Shown here piece by piece: positions 1-13,680 of a DNA stretch of 64,000 nt. Below the pieces are notes generated by a model. That model saw only the letters and a list, made by a program, of their open reading frames with translations, was not told where the DNA came from and did not search any database. The translations under genes and the position numbers were made by a program. This DNA comes from Lama guanicoe (taxonomy: Eukaryota). The stretch's first letter is position 1. Each line of letters begins with the position of its first letter. The DNA lies in assembly GCA_013239625.1 (NCBI GenBank), contig MU053934.1:1519285-1583284 (forward strand), read 5' to 3'.

Positions 1-465
1 AAGCACAAATCCTCCTCAGACCCGCGTTCATCTCCTGGCCCTGAAGGCTGTGGGGCTGATGCCTCCCAGTTCCCAGAATCCCACAGTGCTAACCTTGACC
101 TTTCAGGGCTAGAACCTATTCTCGTGGAGTCAGACTCCTCCTCGGGTGGGGAGTTAGAGGCAGGGGAGTTAGTGATAGATGATTCTTACCGGGAAATCAA
201 GAAGAAAAAGAAGTCAAAGAAGAGCAAAAAGAAGAAGGACAAGGAGAAGCATAAAGAGAAGCGACACTCCAAGTCCAAGAGAAGTTCAGGGCTTCCCACC
301 GCAGCCGTGGGAGAGGTCCCAGCACCACCTGGCCCTCCTCCCAGCACCCCGTACCCCGGAGCAGCCGCTCCTCCCCCACCGCTTCCGGGCCTCCACGCAG
401 ATGGGCACAGTGAGAAAAAGAAGAAGAGAGAGGAGAAGGACAGAGAGCGCGAGAGAGGAGACAAG
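1..465 (+). CDS. HMGXB4: HMGXB4 large internal exon (5' part outside window); Lys-rich/NLS-like region
   Basis: Frame 1 open from base 1: KHKSSSDPRSSPGPEGCG...LEPILVESDSSSGGELEAGELVIDDSYREIKKKKKSKKSKKKKDKEKHKEK...RERGDK; donor AAG|gtaagg, phase 0. Confidence 0.95.
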
Positions 466-1969
466 GTAAGGCATTTTTTTAAAGTATGAGGCGTAGGAGG
501 TGAAACAGGCTTTTCCCCAACAGTAGTAAGTGGACTTGGAATTAAGCAGCTGAGGTGAACCGTCAGGGATGCAGCAAGGTAAATCTGCTGGAATGATGTC
601 AAGTATGAAATGGACCAGTGGTACAAAAATAGGCGCCATCTTAATTATTCATGGGTTTTCTTGATAGAGTCGTTCTCCCACTGTGCCAAGCAGAGGTTTA
701 GAAATACCAACGCTTATTCTGACCTGCCCTTAGAATTCACAGAAGGAGCCAAACCCAGTTTCTTTCACTCAGCAGCACAGTCTGCCTGGGCCAGTGTGAA
801 AAGGTATCCTGTGAGTTCATCTTGAGAAATAGATTTTCAAAATTAGGAGGATAATGAGCGAGTTAACAGAATAAACTAACGGCTTTTCACTAACCGATGT
901 TGGCTACTTTCTGGTATTTTTAGTGTCAAAGATGTGTTCTTCCACTATTTGAGCACTTCGTGTTTGGCAGGCCCAGTGCTACCATCGGCGTTAAGAGGTG
1001 GAAGGATGAGCAGGATGTAGCCCTTGACCTCAGGGAGCTCACTGCTTGTAGAGGAGATAGGAATGAGAACTTAGCCCCCAAGGTTTGATTTCTTTCTCAC
1101 AACTCAAGAAATTTTCTAGCAGTTGTACTTTCCGGGCTGATGACTATGTCATTACAGGTTTCCTTTAAAAAATAAACTACCTGCCTCCCCGCCCCCCGAT
1201 TATCAAAGTAATACACAATTTTTTTAGAAATTTAGAAATTCATAATAGTAAGAAAGAAAAAAATCATAGTTTTGCCACCTAAGGACAACCATTTTCTTCC
1301 TTTGTAGTTCTGCAGCATGAAAATGTTAGATGAAGTCTGAAAAAAAAGCAACTGAAAGAGAAAATCAAATATATTAATATGGGATTAGCAATTTCATTTC
1401 AGTCTAAAATTTGACGTGCAAGTTATTTTCCCCACTAGTAAGACAGCCTTTTAAGAAAGTAAAAAAAAAGCCTCCCAAGCTAAGAATCAACATAAGCATA
1501 ACATAACTGGCTGGTCACATACTGGGTCAGGTTTTATTCATTTGTTTATTTGAAAACTGTTTCATGAAATAGTACATATCCTGTGTAAGACTGAGTGTAT
1601 TCTGAGAACCTCCATTCTAGTGATATATGAGAATGCCGTAAACTAATCTTACAGCGCTCAGTGTGAGGGGGCAGGATGGTCAGGGAAAGCTCAGAGAAGA
1701 AAAAGGATTTCAGCAGAAGGGGACACGTGGAGGCAGAGAGATGGTCAGGAAGCAGTGTAGCAAAACAGCTGAACCCTCGTCCTGTGTTTCCAGCCGTCTG
1801 ATCAGTATTTCTGCCTGGATGCCTTGGGTACTTCAGACCCGTGCGTCACTAACTCAGCTCATCATCCAGACTCCAAACCTGCATCTCCTCCTCCATCTCC
1901 TTCTGTAATCCCCATGTCCTGCCAGCCAACCCAAACTCAAAACCACATGCTTATCATTTTTCTCAGTAC

Positions 1970-2410
1970 TTCATTATGAAATTTTTCAAACAAAAAGCAT
2001 TGAAAGAATTGTACAGTGAACACCATATGCCACCCATTGAGATTCTACAGTTCATATTTTGCTGTTTGCTTTATCATTCATCTTTCCATCAATCCATCTT
2101 ATCTTTGTTAATGTATCTTAAAGTAAGTTGTAGGCATCATAAACTTCACCTCTCAATACTTCAGCTTGCATATTATTAACTTAAACTCAGTATTTGTTTT
2201 CAGAGCTTTTTTTAGGTAAAATTCACACATGGTAAAATGCACAAATGTTGAGTGTACCATTTGATGAGTTTTGGTAAGTTCACACACCTGTGTGATGAAA
2301 TCTCCATCAAGATACAGATATTATCCTCATCCCAGATACCCAGAGGTATTTCTCATATCCCTTCCCAGTCAGTCCTCACCCCTACAGCCAACTGCTGTTC
2401 TAATTTTGTT
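1970..2410 (-). mobile_element. Old L1M-type 3' end fragments
   Basis: Recognisable antisense L1 3'UTR text (e.g. aaaatgcacaaatgttgagtgtaccatttgatgagtttt); boundaries approximate. Confidence 0.6.
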
Positions 2411-4929
2411 TTCCAACCTTAAGGTTCACTTTTACATTTCCCTCTTCCCTGCCCAGCCCCCAGTATTTCCACTCAGGTGTTGAACCTGATATTCGTCCTC
2501 CTTAATAACTTCCACATCTTTATGCCCTCTCTCACCACTGCCTCATCGCTCTCTGTACTTAATGTAATACATGGCTCCCTTTCCATTTCTTCCCCCACAC
2601 GGTGAGTCTAACACTGATGCCGGAATAAACATAAGTACCACTTGGATGACAACAGGCATCTGTTCAACATCCTCAGTGGATCCTTACTCCTTTATGTTCG
2701 ACCATAAGACCCAAGAGGACCGGGATGAGAAGTGATGGAGCCCAGAGCGGCCTCTTGTAGCAGACACACAAGGGCCCTGGATGGGAGGAGGGGCCCTTTG
2801 CTGGAGGGGAAACCAGAGAGGGCTTAGTGTCACGGAAGCAAGGGACAGACCATTTCAAGAATAGATTGGTCTCATGCCTGAGAAGACAGGAGTTCAAGTG
2901 TAGTGGGGAGAATGGAAGCCAGGTGTCTGACAGAGTTCACACTAGAGTGAGAAGTGAAGGCAGTGGGGGGATCTTTCACTGGAGAATTTTGACTGATACA
3001 AAGAAGGGAGGTTGCACTGTCTCCCTGGTGAACAGTGGCACTTTCAGTGTTGAGTTGTATTTTGGGAGTAGTTTTTTGGATGTTTAAAATTGGTTTGCCT
3101 GTTTGTTTCTTTGTGGTTGAATCCTGCTTTCTAGGAGGAGAAGAGAAGTCAGATGGTAATATCTTGAAGCTTCATTCCCCCTTTAAGATCATCCCTTTGA
3201 AGTCGGGGTTTTGGTTTATACTGGAGGAGCAGGCTGTGGTAACATTTCAAAAGACACCTTGCTTTGGGTTTTAGTAAATCAGTAAAAGCCGATTCACTGC
3301 TGCTCAAATAAGAGCTGTGATGTTGCCACTTCGGAGGCACACCTTCACTTACCTGTGTGTTTCCAGAATGTTCTCATTTCCTCCAAGCAAACGAAGGCTG
3401 GCCTGGTGGCCTGGTGCCTGGCACACTCAGACATTACTGTTGATCTACTAATAAACTAAATTCTGAGATAAAACTAGTGCCATCTTTTGAGAGCCTGTTG
3501 TGTGCCAGGCTCTCCTGGGCACTTGTGCACACAGAGCGGTCATGACTGACAGGGATTGGTAGCCCCCTTTGATGGAGGAAGCAGCTGGAAAGAAAGGACG
3601 TGAATTTAATAGAGGCCTTTAACCCCGAGCCTGGACTCTTTCCACTATCACGCATGCCTCTCCAAACCTGTAAAAGAGGGTTACCCAGCCCCGTAACGCA
3701 CCCTCAGGGAAGCTAAAAGGAGGTTCCAGGTTAAGGGAAACTGATAGGGTGTCCTGGTGTCAGCGATTTGGCCTATTGAGACATAAAGATGTTGTAATGA
3801 AGTGGCTGAAAGCTTGGACCCGGGTACAGCAGACTTGGGTTCTTGGTCTCTTTGCTACTTACTAGCTTTGTTCTCTTGAGGTTGCTTCCTCACTTCCCTG
3901 CTCACTTGTGAAATGGGGTTACTTAAACTGACCTAGGTGTACGTGTGACATGCTTAGCCCATGGCCTGGCTCAGCAGATAACTGCTGTTGCAATGACTCG
4001 CTTTCATCCCGAGCTCTTCGGAAGCATAAAATATACTGGAAAATATCTTTTTAAAACTTTTTTTTTCAACCACTCATTTCACATATTAGACCAAGCAAGG
4101 AGACTATGCTTTTATGGTTTCATTTCTGTTTTCTTTTGCCTTTTAATATTAACATCCACCTTTTAGGAAGCAAACTCTGCAGTTATCACTTGTTTGGAAA
4201 ACAGTTAAGGACCAAAGAGAAAACAGGGTGTCTGAGGAGCAAAAGCACATGCTATAGAGTGAGTTTCCTCCAGCTCGTGGAGCACTTCATGGGCACTGGG
4301 GGAAGGAACATTGGCTGGAGACGAGTCCCTGGACCACTCTGACCCTGATCTTTTCTTCATAGCATAATGAACTAGCACCCAGCCTGCTTCACATAGAAGA
4401 GTGTTGTGAAAATAAGCCAAGGTAATCCAAGTGAACATGTGCACTGCCCTTTACACATACAGCTCTGGGGCTCTGCTGTGCATTCAGTACATATTTATTC
4501 TGCACTTTGTGCCAGGCACTCGCCAGGTGCTATGGATACAAAGATGAATAAGACCCAGTGTCAGCTCTCAAAGAGCTCAGGGTGTAGTAAGCGAGGTTGG
4601 GAAGTGTTCGGCGTGTTGAACGTCAGCAGAGACGTGTGCAGAATGCTGAGGAGGGCCTCGGAGTGTCAGAGAAGGTTTCAGGGGACATACCACCTGAATT
4701 GGATCTTAAGGCCAAATAGAAGTTATCGGGTGGAAAGGAGGAGTAGGCATTTCAGTCAGGGAGTGAAAAGTGCATGTGAGGGCAGGCACTGAGATACAAG
4801 GGGCATAGGATGTTCAGAATTCCCCAGGACATTAGCAGAAGGTTCAAAGTAATGGGTGGAAGGCAGGAAGAGTTGCTGCCCTCTAGGAGAGGGCAGTAGA
4901 GTAATGGTCAGTAAATTACAAGAATAACA

Positions 4930-5165
4930 GTGATATGTATGGAGTTGTTCATAAGTTCTAAGCACCACACTAAGTTTTTTATCAATGGTATATCAGTGAA
5001 TTTTCACAAGCACCCCATCATGTGTAGGTCTTACTATCACCATTTCACAGAAATAAGCTCCAAGAAGTGGAATTACCTGCCTCGGAACACACACCTGATT
5101 AGTGGCAGAAGAGAAATTTAAGCCCAGGTTTTTCTGGTTGCAGGATCCATGCTCTTTCCACCATA
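4930..5165 (-). mobile_element. MIR SINE
   Basis: MIR core-like ccatttcacagaaataagct...aagcccagg; approximate. Confidence 0.65.
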
Positions 5166-5354
5166 CAGAAGGAATGTTTAAATTCTATGCAGTGGTATAT
5201 TATGAGAGAGAGCAGAAATAGTTTTCCATTCAGAATAGTTAAAATAAAAGCTTTGGTGTGAAAACTTTGCTTCTCTGGCACCCTGTCCTTTAGCCAGATC
5301 AGATTTGGGGATTTCAGTCAAGTTAGTTCAGAAGAGCATCAGATGGTGGCCCTG

Positions 5355-5490
5355 CCACTCCCTCAGCAAATGACTGGATCTCAGTTTCTCATCTGTAAAA
5401 TGTCAATAATGATGGAATGTACCTCGTAGGGTTGTTAGGAGGCTTAAATGAGTTTCTACAGGTAAAGCCTGGGTGAGAGCGTCTCCTACA
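5355..5490 (+). mobile_element. MIR SINE fragment
   Basis: ctcagtttctcatctgtaaaatg...agggttgttaggaggcttaaatgag. Confidence 0.7.
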
Positions 5491-6989
5491 TGGTATTCAT
5501 GTCAGTGAAGAGACTGGGTTCCTGTCATCAGCAGAAGAAAGCCAAGTTCTATTTTTAAGTTTCATAAATTATATTTTGCCTTAACCCTGAGATGTTTTAT
5601 CCTTTAAAGTATGTTATTAAACTGGAGTCATAGATGCACTTGAAGAGGCATTTTCATCAGACTTTCTCAGAGTTCTGTGATCTAAAGGAGTTAAGTGTGA
5701 CTGCTTTATAAACAGCAGTAAGAAATTGCTCTTAATATAGATCTTGATATTGTAACATATGTCATCAAACATTTAAAAGGAGGTTCTGGCTATAAAATTA
5801 CAACCTTGTGAGTTACACTTAAGTGGATTTGTTGCCAGTCATTTGCTGCTAATAATAAAGTATCCAAGTTTTTGAAATATTAACATTTTGTTAAAGGAGA
5901 GCCCAGGTTAGATCTAAATGTAACCCCTGTGATTCACTTGACATAATGTATGTTTTCTCATTCTTGCCTTAGAAAGTCTAGGGTAGAATTACTGGTCTTG
6001 CATTTAGAATCATGTGGAAAAGTTTTGTATGTCTAGAGATCAGCCATTATTTGTGTTATTTCTAACTATTAATTTAGAAAAATGCCTATGCTCTGGAAAA
6101 AATTAAACCGTTAGGCTTGAATTCCAAACTTTGGGTCCGTAGGCTGGAGTTGCATCTTAGAGCATGATGGGTAGGTTCTAAGGTCAGCACAGACAATGAA
6201 AACTGTTAGAGTTTCCCTTGAAAATCTCTTAAGGCAGCTGCATGATGAAGGCCAACAGATTCTCAGTCCAGCAGAAAGTCAGCCCAGTGCAGCCGGGTTT
6301 TTCTCTCTTCGGCATCAGATTAAGTCATTGGCATATGTTAAGGAGCCATAGTTTTATTTTATTTTTTAAGTTGTGTCAGCTACCAACATGAGAATCACAC
6401 TGAGGTAGTGAGTTGCATACCCTGAGGGAGGCATCCAGGACCTATCTGGGGAAGGCAGATTTACACTCTGTCACACTCACTCCAAGGAATAGGTTCTTAG
6501 AGCAGAATCATCCAGACTCGTCAGTCCTTACCTCCCTGTCTCTCTCATGGCCAAATATAAAACTGACATGAACTCATGTATTTGTAGTGCCACTTTATTT
6601 TATCTTGGGCCCAATAAAGGGGGATTTGAAAGGATTATAGCACTTAGAGCATTTGGGGATATGAAGCTGCTACTAAATTAATAAAGGAAATGCAGCCCCT
6701 AGAACTCACTTCCGTTGCATCTCTGAACAGAACTGGCTCCACCAGGAGAATACCGAAAATAGGACCTTTACTATGTAAATGGCATGTTTAAAGTAAAGGC
6801 CTTGCTGCTGTGGTTTGTTGTTTTTTAGGGGGGGTTGTTTGTTTGTTTGTTTTTGTCTGATTTAGGTCAAATAATTTCACCCCATCATCCTTCACCAGAA
6901 TTGCTATTTTTTAAAAAAATCTTGTATTGACTTCTTGGAAGCCACAACTTCTATTTTGAAAAATAGAGAGGGAATAGAAAAGAATTCAT

Positions 6990-7524
6990 AGCAGTTTTCT
7001 ACTGTGATGTAACAAATTACCACAAATTCAGCAGTTTAAGAAGACCTGCAGTTATTATCTCGCAGTTCTGTAGATCAAGCCCAGATAGGGCTCAGCCAGG
7101 TTCTCTGCTCCATCTCACGAGACTGAATCCCGGTGTTGTCTAGAACTGGTTTCTTATCTGAGCTGCAGGCCCTTGTCCAGGTTGTTGGCAACATTCCGTT
7201 CCTTGGAGCTGTAGGACTCATAGCAACTCATCTTCGGGTCCAAGGCCAGCAGGAGAGTGTCTGCTGCTGGGTCTTACTCTTTTAAGGGCTCACTGGATAA
7301 GGTCAGGCCCACTCCAGATAATCTCCCTTTTGATTCGCTCAGATTCAACTCACTCGGGGACCTTTATTACATCTGCAGAGTCCCTTTTGCCATATAACAT
7401 AACATAACACAATCACGGGAGCAACAGCCCCTCAGATTCACCAGTCCTGCTCATGTACAGGGGCAGGTCCGTGAACACCAGGGATGGAAATCTTGGGCAC
7501 CATCTTGGAATTCCACCTACCACA
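6990..7524. mobile_element. MLT1-type MaLR LTR
   Basis: tgtaacaaattaccacaaattcagcagtttaa ... cttggaattccacctaccaca, typical MLT1 ends. Confidence 0.75.
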
Positions 7525-7963
7525 GAGATAACGTTACTGAGTACCTACTGCAGTACCAAACACTGGCTAGTTCCTACCTTTTTATCCAACTTTTACTTGT
7601 AGGGAAACTAAAGCTCAGGGAAATAAAGCAGCTGGGGTAGCTAGTAAGTAGTGCGGTGGATTTTCACTTAGCTCTGTTGGCCTCCAAGGCCCAGGCTCTT
7701 TCTGTTTTGCCACATTATCTCCAATAAATCCTATCCCTTCTCCCGCCCTTTCCATATATTTGCTTTTCTGCATCCCCACTGTCTTGGCTGTGGGCCTTCA
7801 CCATCCCTCCCGGGCACTCCTGCAGCAGCCCCCCCATTGGGCTTCCTGCCCCCACTCCTGCTCTTCCCAGGGCATTCTCCAGGGTCCTGAAGTGCATCCT
7901 GACCACGTGGCTTCTGGAAGCTTAAAGTACTTGAATCACTTCTTTCCAGCAGAGCCCATAGTC

Positions 7964-8292
7964 TTTTTTTTTTCTAAATTGATGTATACTCAGTTACAAT
8001 GTGTCAATTTCTGGTGTACAGCGTCAGTCATACATATATTTGTTTTCATAATTCTTTTTCATTATAGGTTACTACAAGATACTGAATATATTTCCCTGTG
8101 CTATACAGAAGAAATTTGTTTTTTATCTGTTTTTATATATAGTAGTTAATATTTTCAGATCTCGAACTCCCAATTTATCCCTTCTCACCCCCTTTTCCCC
8201 TGGTAACCATAAGATTGTCTACTATATCTGTGAGTCTGTATCTGTTTTGTGGATGAGTTCATTAGTGTCTTCTTTTTTCTTTTTTTTACATT
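7964..8292 (-). mobile_element. Lineage-specific L1 3' end (5'-truncated)
   Basis: Poly-T start, then ataggttactacaagatactgaatatatttccctgtgctatacag...ctggtaaccataag typical of laurasiatherian L1 3'UTR. Confidence 0.8.
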
Positions 8293-10848
8293 AGAGTATA
8301 TGCTCTTTAATACAGGTTACAAGGCATCCACCTCTAAGTGCTTCCTGCTTCGCTGACATCATCTCTTACCCCTTCGATGAGTGTTACCACGTGTTGTTCC
8401 CTCTGCCCGGAACACTCTTAATGGTTCTTCACCTGGCTAAGTCTTCGCAGCTTTTGGGTTTAGATTAAATATCGCTTGACTCCCTAATTAGCTAAAGCAC
8501 TTTTATTACATGTTCTGTAACACCCAGTACTTTCCCTACAATGTTGTTGATTTTATTATGATGACATGTTTATCTGTCTTATCTGTTAGATTATGTGTCT
8601 GATCCTTGGCTGTTTTCCCTACGTCTGACACATAGTGGATGCTTAGCAAATATGTGTTAATAAATGAATGGCAGAAGACTTTGATAGGTTACTTTTTTTC
8701 TGTTTCCCTTGTAGTCTCCTTCATTTTAGTCTGCTTTTCCTTCTTGGTCATTGAAATACTTTTAATACCATATGTCAGAACAGCTATCCACTTCTCAGGT
8801 GTTCTATTCAGGATCATATAATTAGTATAAGGTGAAGCTGAGAAAAGATGGTAGGCCTTTAAACTTTTAATGTCATATGTTTTCCAGTATTTTATGCTGC
8901 TTGACAGCCTTAGAATAAGATCTGGGCTTCAAAAGCTCATTCTCTTAACTACCACTGTACCCAGGACAGGTACTCAATAAATGCTGGTGTATTTTCTACG
9001 TAATTGAACAAAGTCCTTTGTAAGAGATATGAGAGGACCCTCTCTTCAGTATGTGGATTTGGATCTAATTTATTGAATGAGAGTCATGATTAATTTTGTA
9101 AAGGTGGTCCTAATTTTATATTATAGCTATAGATTGCCTTGTGGAATAGAGAGCATTAACCTTTCACAGTATTATAGCATGTTTGAGAAAACATTGTTAA
9201 AATTCCTTGCAAGTTTTATAATATGGCCAAGTCAGGTCAATGGGTAAGCTGTTTTAAAAAGATTAGTCTAAAATTTTTGAAGCTAAATTTATAACAAACA
9301 TGCCATGACTTTTATATCCAAAGAAGGGCTGTCTCATTCAAAGCAGCTACTCGGGAATGTGTTTCAGGAATGTTTCCATTCTTCAAAAATGGTTTTAGAA
9401 TTCCTTTTGGAATTAAAGTCAGAGCCATCACACAATTTTTTTTATTGTCATAAGTTTTGGCTAGTCTTTGGCCTTTGACAGTAGTTTCTTTTATGAAGAC
9501 ATTAAGAACTAAGGTGAACAAAGTGTGTCATCAGGCTTAATTTAAAACAAGCTGCAACTCCAGTCGTGAGACAGGACTGTGTTGTTTGTTGGTTTGTTTG
9601 GGTCGTAAAATACAGCTCTTAAGGTGAACAGAAGTTCCCAGTAGCTTTTAAAGCCCTAAACGTTCCTGTCATTATAATAACTGCAGGACCAGAAAGTACT
9701 CTCTTGGGAGGAGATAGAGGATTTACCATATTTTGATACTTACAGATGAGGGTTTCAGGAAAGCTGTACTGAAAACGTCAAAGGTTAAAAGGGATCATCT
9801 TTTTAAATAGGAACTTTTTTCTGTAAGGAAGCAACGTATTTGTTTTCTTTGGCCCCTAACACGTAGCCCTAGAAGTCAGGCTTCCTGGGCTGCAGCCGTT
9901 CTGGTGTTATGGCTGGCGTAGTTGTGGGACTCAGGCAAGTCACTATTTTTCAGAGTTTCCTTTTTCTCATCCTCAGGATGAGAGGTTTGGACAGATGCCA
10001 TCTAATGCACCTTTTCAGGTGGGAAAACTTCCCGAGTTTTTTTCCTCAGTCTATAGATAACTGTAAAATGGAATGTATATAGTAATAGAGAATGTAATCT
10101 ATTGTTTTATATATCCCTTGCTGAACTGGCTTTAAAAGCATATTTGGTTTTTGTTCCCCAAAAAACATGTGTTGCTTTTGGAGTTGTCATAATGCAGTGA
10201 AGAATAAACATAATTCAAATAGTACCAAGCAGCTTGTTGAGCAAAAGAGGTTCATCTTACACTGACTACCAAAGAATTGTCCTCGGTTATTTATTTGCTT
10301 CTCACCTAGGACCACAAGGATGTGAATAGTAAAATAATGATAAACTACAAGCGACAGTAAAAGCAGGATCTGGAAAATTGTAAGATTAGAAATCAAAACC
10401 AGAGGAACAATATGAACATAAATGTGGCTCTTGTCTTTCTGGCCTCAAAGTAAGGGGAAATTACGTGGTTCTTAACTTTCAAAGAAGACGAAGGAGAAGG
10501 AAAGATTTTCTTAGCACTTAACTCTAAAAGAAATTCATAACATGGGATTGTATGTGGGAAGAATGGAGGACTTTACAAATAATTATCAAGTAGGTGCAAC
10601 AACCTGAAAAATCTAAAAATAATTTAGCATGTGATTTTTACCTTCTAAAACTAAAAGTGATACTCAGCTCTGAGTCATAAGTAACATGGATTAAAAATTA
10701 ATTTTCCTGTTTAGGAGAGCCGGTTAGTTGTTTAGAACAGTCTTGGTGGAAAAGTGTAGGTAACTTTTCTGTTTTGTTCCGTAAATGCAAGGTTACTCAA
10801 CTTGTGTTCTCATGAAGTTTTGTCCTGTTCTATTTTTATGTGGACTAG

Positions 10849-10930
10849 CCAAAAAAGAAGAACATGTCGGCCTATCAGGTGTTCTGTAAAGAGTATCGTG
10901 TAACCATTGTGGCTGACCACCCAGGCATAG
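10849..10930 (+). CDS. HMGXB4: HMGXB4 exon, start of HMG box
   Basis: tag|CCA..ATAG|gtaaga; PKKKNMSAYQVFCKEYRVTIVADHPGI; 82 nt, phase 0 to 1. Confidence 0.96.
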
Positions 10931-11853
10931 GTAAGAACATTTCTCATCTTTAGCTTTTTTACTTTCCATTTGTATCTCTGAAGCAGTGCAGTTAATTCAG
11001 TCAGTCAACAGGCATACCCTTCCCATAGTATGAAAAGGACTCAAATCCCATTTCTCTCCTCAGTTGTGCAAGTCCCTTTAGATTTTGTCTTAGTTTACCC
11101 CGTCCGTAAAGCACGGTGCATAAACATGCAGTTGTTTATTTCCAAGATTTTACAGCTGACCTTTTGCTTAAACTGCCCTTGGGTTTGAAGTTAGAGTGAG
11201 ATGGCATGTTACATTGTTTATGTTTGTCTCTGTGTTAGAAGTTACTGAGGGGAGAGCTACAGTTCAAACTGCAGACACGTCACTTAAGCCCTACAAACCT
11301 CAGTTGCCTAACGGGTGAGCTAGCTTCTCAACCTCACCAGAGCTGTTGTGTAGCACAGATGAAGCCCCGTAAAAGCCACGAATATACTTTGTAAAGTGTG
11401 GCCTTGCCGTACACGTGGAAGGACAGCATTACACATCTGGAAGATCGTTTCTGAGCTGCTCTAAGGGAATTCTTTGTTTCTGAGCTCTCAGAAATTTGGT
11501 CAAAATCTAACATCTTTATCAAATTCTGCATAACATGTTTTCTTTAACCTAAATTGATAAGCCCTGTTTCGTGGGATCAATTAAAAGATACCAGAAAGAT
11601 GCTTAAGGAATAAATCCCTAGAGAGTAGATGTGTGAGAATTTGAGTCTGTCTCATGACCACCAAAACAGCCCCTTCCTTCTAGAAAAGAATCAAGGAAAG
11701 TGATGGGGTTTGGTTGGTTTTCTGACAGAATCTTGTGCTATTTAAATCTGATCTTCAAACCCTTTTCTCAGTGTTTGCTCTAATCAATCTTCTGTGTTGT
11801 TTATGGTTAAACTTTTACTGTATCCAGTTATATTTTTTACTCTTTTATGCCAG

Positions 11854-11918
11854 ATTTTGGGGAGCTTAGTAAAAAACTGGCTGAGGTGTGGAAGCAATTG
11901 CCAGAAAAGGACAAACTG
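11854..11918 (+). CDS. HMGXB4: HMGXB4 exon, HMG box middle
   Basis: cag|AT..CTG|gtaagt; (D)FGELSKKLAEVWKQLPEKDKL; 65 nt, phase 1 to 0. Confidence 0.96.
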
Positions 11919-12743
11919 GTAAGTATACTTTTACAGACATGTTTTTGCTTTATGCCTTCCAAAATGTATAATTCTATAGACTGTCCCAAACAACACTGAA
12001 AATAGTGGAAAAAAGTAAAATCGGTGGAAAATGGTTTAGCAGAGGGCAGTGAACTGGTTGGTGCCAGTTCACTCTAGGTGAGGATTTAGCTGCAGGGAGG
12101 CTGTCTTTTCTAAACTGATCTAATTTTCTCCTAGCAACCTTACATTGAGCCAATAATAGAAACACAGGACAGTGTTTACCTGGTAGGTAGATTCCAGGTC
12201 ATCATCCTCATCACCAGTATCCCTTACTATCAAGAAGCTATTAAGAATGAATAAACAGTCATATCTGAATTATTCACAGTCATTTTCCAGTTAGATGACA
12301 TGAAGATGCTCTAGGAATTAGAATTACCTCCTTGCTTTAAGGTACAGCTCATCTGGATGAAACAGCTATTATGTGTTTCACCCAGGTAGATTAGTTCCTG
12401 TTTTCGTGTCATCGTTCTACTGTTGGTGTTGCCCACGTGCAGGTTGGACATTAGACTGAGGCAGATGTTTCCTCTCTGATTTTACATTTCGACCCTTAGA
12501 GTGATCTCAGACTGGGTGCTGCCATCTGACCATCAGCACGGAGGGATGTTCAGCTAAGATATTACTGTCTTTGCTGTCTGAAGCCTGTTCAATGACCCTC
12601 CAGCTTCAGAGTTAACGCCAACCCTCTGTCTGCTCCCCTCCACTCTCCTTCTTGTCTTCATCCTCCTCTTCCAAGACTGCTTTCCCTTTTACTTTTTTTT
12701 TTTTTGCCCTTTGTAATGTATTTTTGCCCTGATCTGATCGCAG

Positions 12744-12849
12744 ATTTGGAAGCAAAAAGCTCAGTATCTGCAACACAAACAGAACAAAGCAGAAGCTACA
12801 ACTGTGAAAAGAAAAGCCTCCAGCTCAGAAGGTTCCATGAAAGTGAAAG
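12744..12849 (+). CDS. HMGXB4: HMGXB4 exon, end of HMG box
   Basis: cag|ATT..AAAG|gtaatg; IWKQKAQYLQHKQNKAEATTVKRKASSSEGSMKVK; 106 nt. Confidence 0.95.
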
Positions 12850-12966
12850 GTAATGACCACACCCTCTCTGCTTTTCCTGCTTTTCCCTCGAAAACTGACT
12901 TCTGCTCCCTTACTAGTAAACTGGGAGAGCAGCCTGTGTTAGAAGCAGATCTTGATATGTAGGTAT

Positions 12967-13430
12967 TGTTATAGAAACGACAGGCCAGCCAAGAAACAAG
13001 CACCACTCGGAGGGTTGGCGTACTCAGATGTATTACGCCGGCGGGCTCAGAGGGGCTTCTGCTCCGAAGCTCTGAGCACCTCCAAGACGTGTGCATGAGG
13101 TTTTACAGGGTAAAGTACAAGCTTGGGGTATTTGGCCAATAGGCATGGAACAACTTTAGCAGCATTATCATCACAAAAGTGGAGGCAGGGAGGCAGCAAA
13201 CCAACATTCCAAAGCCAGATATGTATCTTTGAAAATCCAGCTGGCTAGCAAAAAACATAAACAGCAAACCAACACTGATAAACTTAGATTTACAAGTTAG
13301 TCCAGCAGAGCTCAGATCAGTATTCCAGTACTTAGACTTGTGAGTTATCTTGTTAGCCCAGCCCAGCCTCTCCTTCACATTCCTAGACCTGTGAGTTATC
13401 TTGTTAGACCAGTCCAGCTTTTCCTTCACA
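12967..13430 (-). mobile_element. ERV1-type solo LTR, antisense in HMGXB4 intron
   Basis: TG...CA ends, perfect 4-bp TSD GTAT (12963-12966 / 13431-13434), CCAAT box, retained CpGs. Confidence 0.85.
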
Positions 13431-13481
13431 GTATTATTACTGAATATTAAAATTTGCCCCCCAAATTTAGAAAATGTAAAT

Positions 13482-13680
13482 CAGAAGCTAGCAAAGCTTT
13501 CTGTCAAGGGCCAGAGAGTAAACACTTTAGGTCTGAGGGCCATATGCACTCCCTGTCACGTATTACTCTTTGTTTTTCCTACCACCATTTAAAAATCTAA
13601 AATCCATCTTAGCTCACAGGCCAAGCACAAGCAGTCACGAACCAGATTTGGCCCGCAGTCCATAGTTTTGTTAATGCCTG
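13482..13680. mobile_element. MER58A-like hAT DNA transposon
   Basis: gcaaagctttctgtcaagggccagagagtaaacactttagg ... ccagatttggcccgcagtccatagtttt..cctg. Confidence 0.75.
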
